Assembly: GCF_048300925.1 (NCBI RefSeq)
Contig: NZ_CP133759.1
Source of the DNA: Thermithiobacillus tepidarius DSM 3134
Lineage (GTDB): Bacteria; Pseudomonadota; Gammaproteobacteria; Acidithiobacillales; Thermithiobacillaceae
DNA length: 24,000 nucleotides
Direction: 5' to 3' (one strand)
Each line of letters begins with the position of its first letter. The first letter of the stretch is position 1. The notes beneath the pieces were generated by a model that ran no database searches, was not told the DNA's origin, and saw nothing but the letters and a program-made list of their open reading frames with translations. The position numbers and the translations under genes are program-made. Positions 23,294 to 24,000 of the stretch are shown piece after piece.

Positions 23294-24000
23294 TTGATTA
23301 CAAATTATTTGAGCCGAGCCCGCACCGGGTTCTTCGCCCTTCTTTTGCTTTTTTCCGCTGCGCCCGCCATGGCGGAGCAACCCCAGAAACAAGCCTTTCC
23401 AGAAAACGCCTACGAGCTGCCGCTGAGTCAAAAAAATGACTTGCAGGCCGCCCTCAACAAGCATCGCGTCGTACGCCTGCAGCCGGGCGACTACAGCTCC
23501 GCCGGGACCATCACCTTGGACAGCTGCCAGCAGCTCTATGGCGTAGCGGGCAGCACCAAGCTGTCCAAGGTGGTCGTCAAGGGCGGCACCGCCGGCGCGG
23601 TCCTGAGCGGCGTGCAGAGCGGCCTGGAGTTCCCGGCTTCCAGCCTGGTGACCCACGACAACCTGTTCCAGCGCATCACCGGCGTGGTGACGGTCAACGG
23701 CGCGACCCTGGAAAACAACGTGTTCCTGGATCTCTACGGCCAATTCAAGTTCGACAACAGCGGCGGCGGCTACATGAAGAATAACCGCTTCGTGCGCATG
23801 ACCTCGCAGGGCTACAACCCGGCTTTCGTGCACAAGGGCGACCCCGCCCGCAAGACCGGCGGCAACGTGTGGGTGTGGACCAACATGCTGTCCCCGCCCG
23901 GCGACGCCATGTACCTGGACAACCAGACCGATGCCACCTTCGTCGGCATCGACGCCGAGTCCTGGAACTACTCCCGCCAGGGCAGCAAGGCCATGCTGAC
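23294..24000 (+). CDS. Secreted protein, possibly right-handed beta-helix fold; 3' end cut by the window edge
   Basis: This ORF is not in the supplied track because it has no stop inside the window. TTG at 23294 is 6 nt after GAGGAAG. The frame stays open with high GC3 to base 24000. The signal peptide is FFALLLLFSAAPAMA|EQ. Repeated short G/N-rich strands occur (VVVKGGTAGAVLSGV, VTVNGATLENNVFLD, YMKNNRFVRM). The in-frame ATG at 23240 is followed by TAA at 23276. Confidence 0.65.
   Translation, partial: MITNYLSRARTGFFALLLLFSAAPAMAEQPQKQAFPENAYELPLSQKNDLQAALNKHRVVRLQPGDYSSAGTITLDSCQQLYGVAGSTKLSKVVVKGGTAGAVLSGVQSGLEFPASSLVTHDNLFQRITGVVTVNGATLENNVFLDLYGQFKFDNSGGGYMKNNRFVRMTSQGYNPAFVHKGDPARKTGGNVWVWTNMLSPPGDAMYLDNQTDATFVGIDAESWNYSRQGSKAML

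Noticed and set aside
23222-23833. 203-aa minus-strand ORF
   Set aside because: It lies opposite a plus-strand frame with better codon bias, an SD and a signal peptide that continues to the window end. The minus-strand product has no recognisable features.

Overview
GC-rich proteobacterial chromosomal segment with strong GC3 bias. All calls rest on motif recognition and reading the sequence; no searches were run.

Most of the window is tightly packed housekeeping genes:
- rimO
- glyQ-glyS-gmhB-plsC-like operon, an order I recall from Betaproteobacteria (unverified)
- rimK with its retropepsin-like partner
- cyaY-EVE-GST
- tRNA-Arg(CCG)
- ymdB-like phosphoesterase
- zapB-like/zapA/6S RNA/ygfA block
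- rep, an SDR, a cupin and a truncated haemoglobin

I found no rRNA, CRISPR array, transposase or integrase.

The most unusual content is the left-end five-gene cluster (1-3850). It encodes:
- a TPR-like protein
- a degenerate receiver with a Pro/Ala-rich linker and a MinD-like C-terminal amphipathic helix
- an MglA/CvnD-type small GTPase
- a 211-aa protein with a cryptic Roadblock-like half
- a canonical Roadblock/LC7 protein

It looks like a kinase-less GTPase switch module, related in parts to MglAB/RomR and to the actinobacterial conservon. I do not recognise this combination as a described system.

Other points of interest:
- a near-consensus sigma54 promoter with upstream palindromes in front of a secreted beta-helix-like protein (23040-24000)
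- a rimK operon whose first gene is an unknown 107-aa protein
- a small accessory-looking patch next to the tRNA (unknown protein, DUF302, MipA, YcgR-like PilZ)

Many long ORFs in the supplied track are antisense or out-of-frame artefacts of the high GC content.
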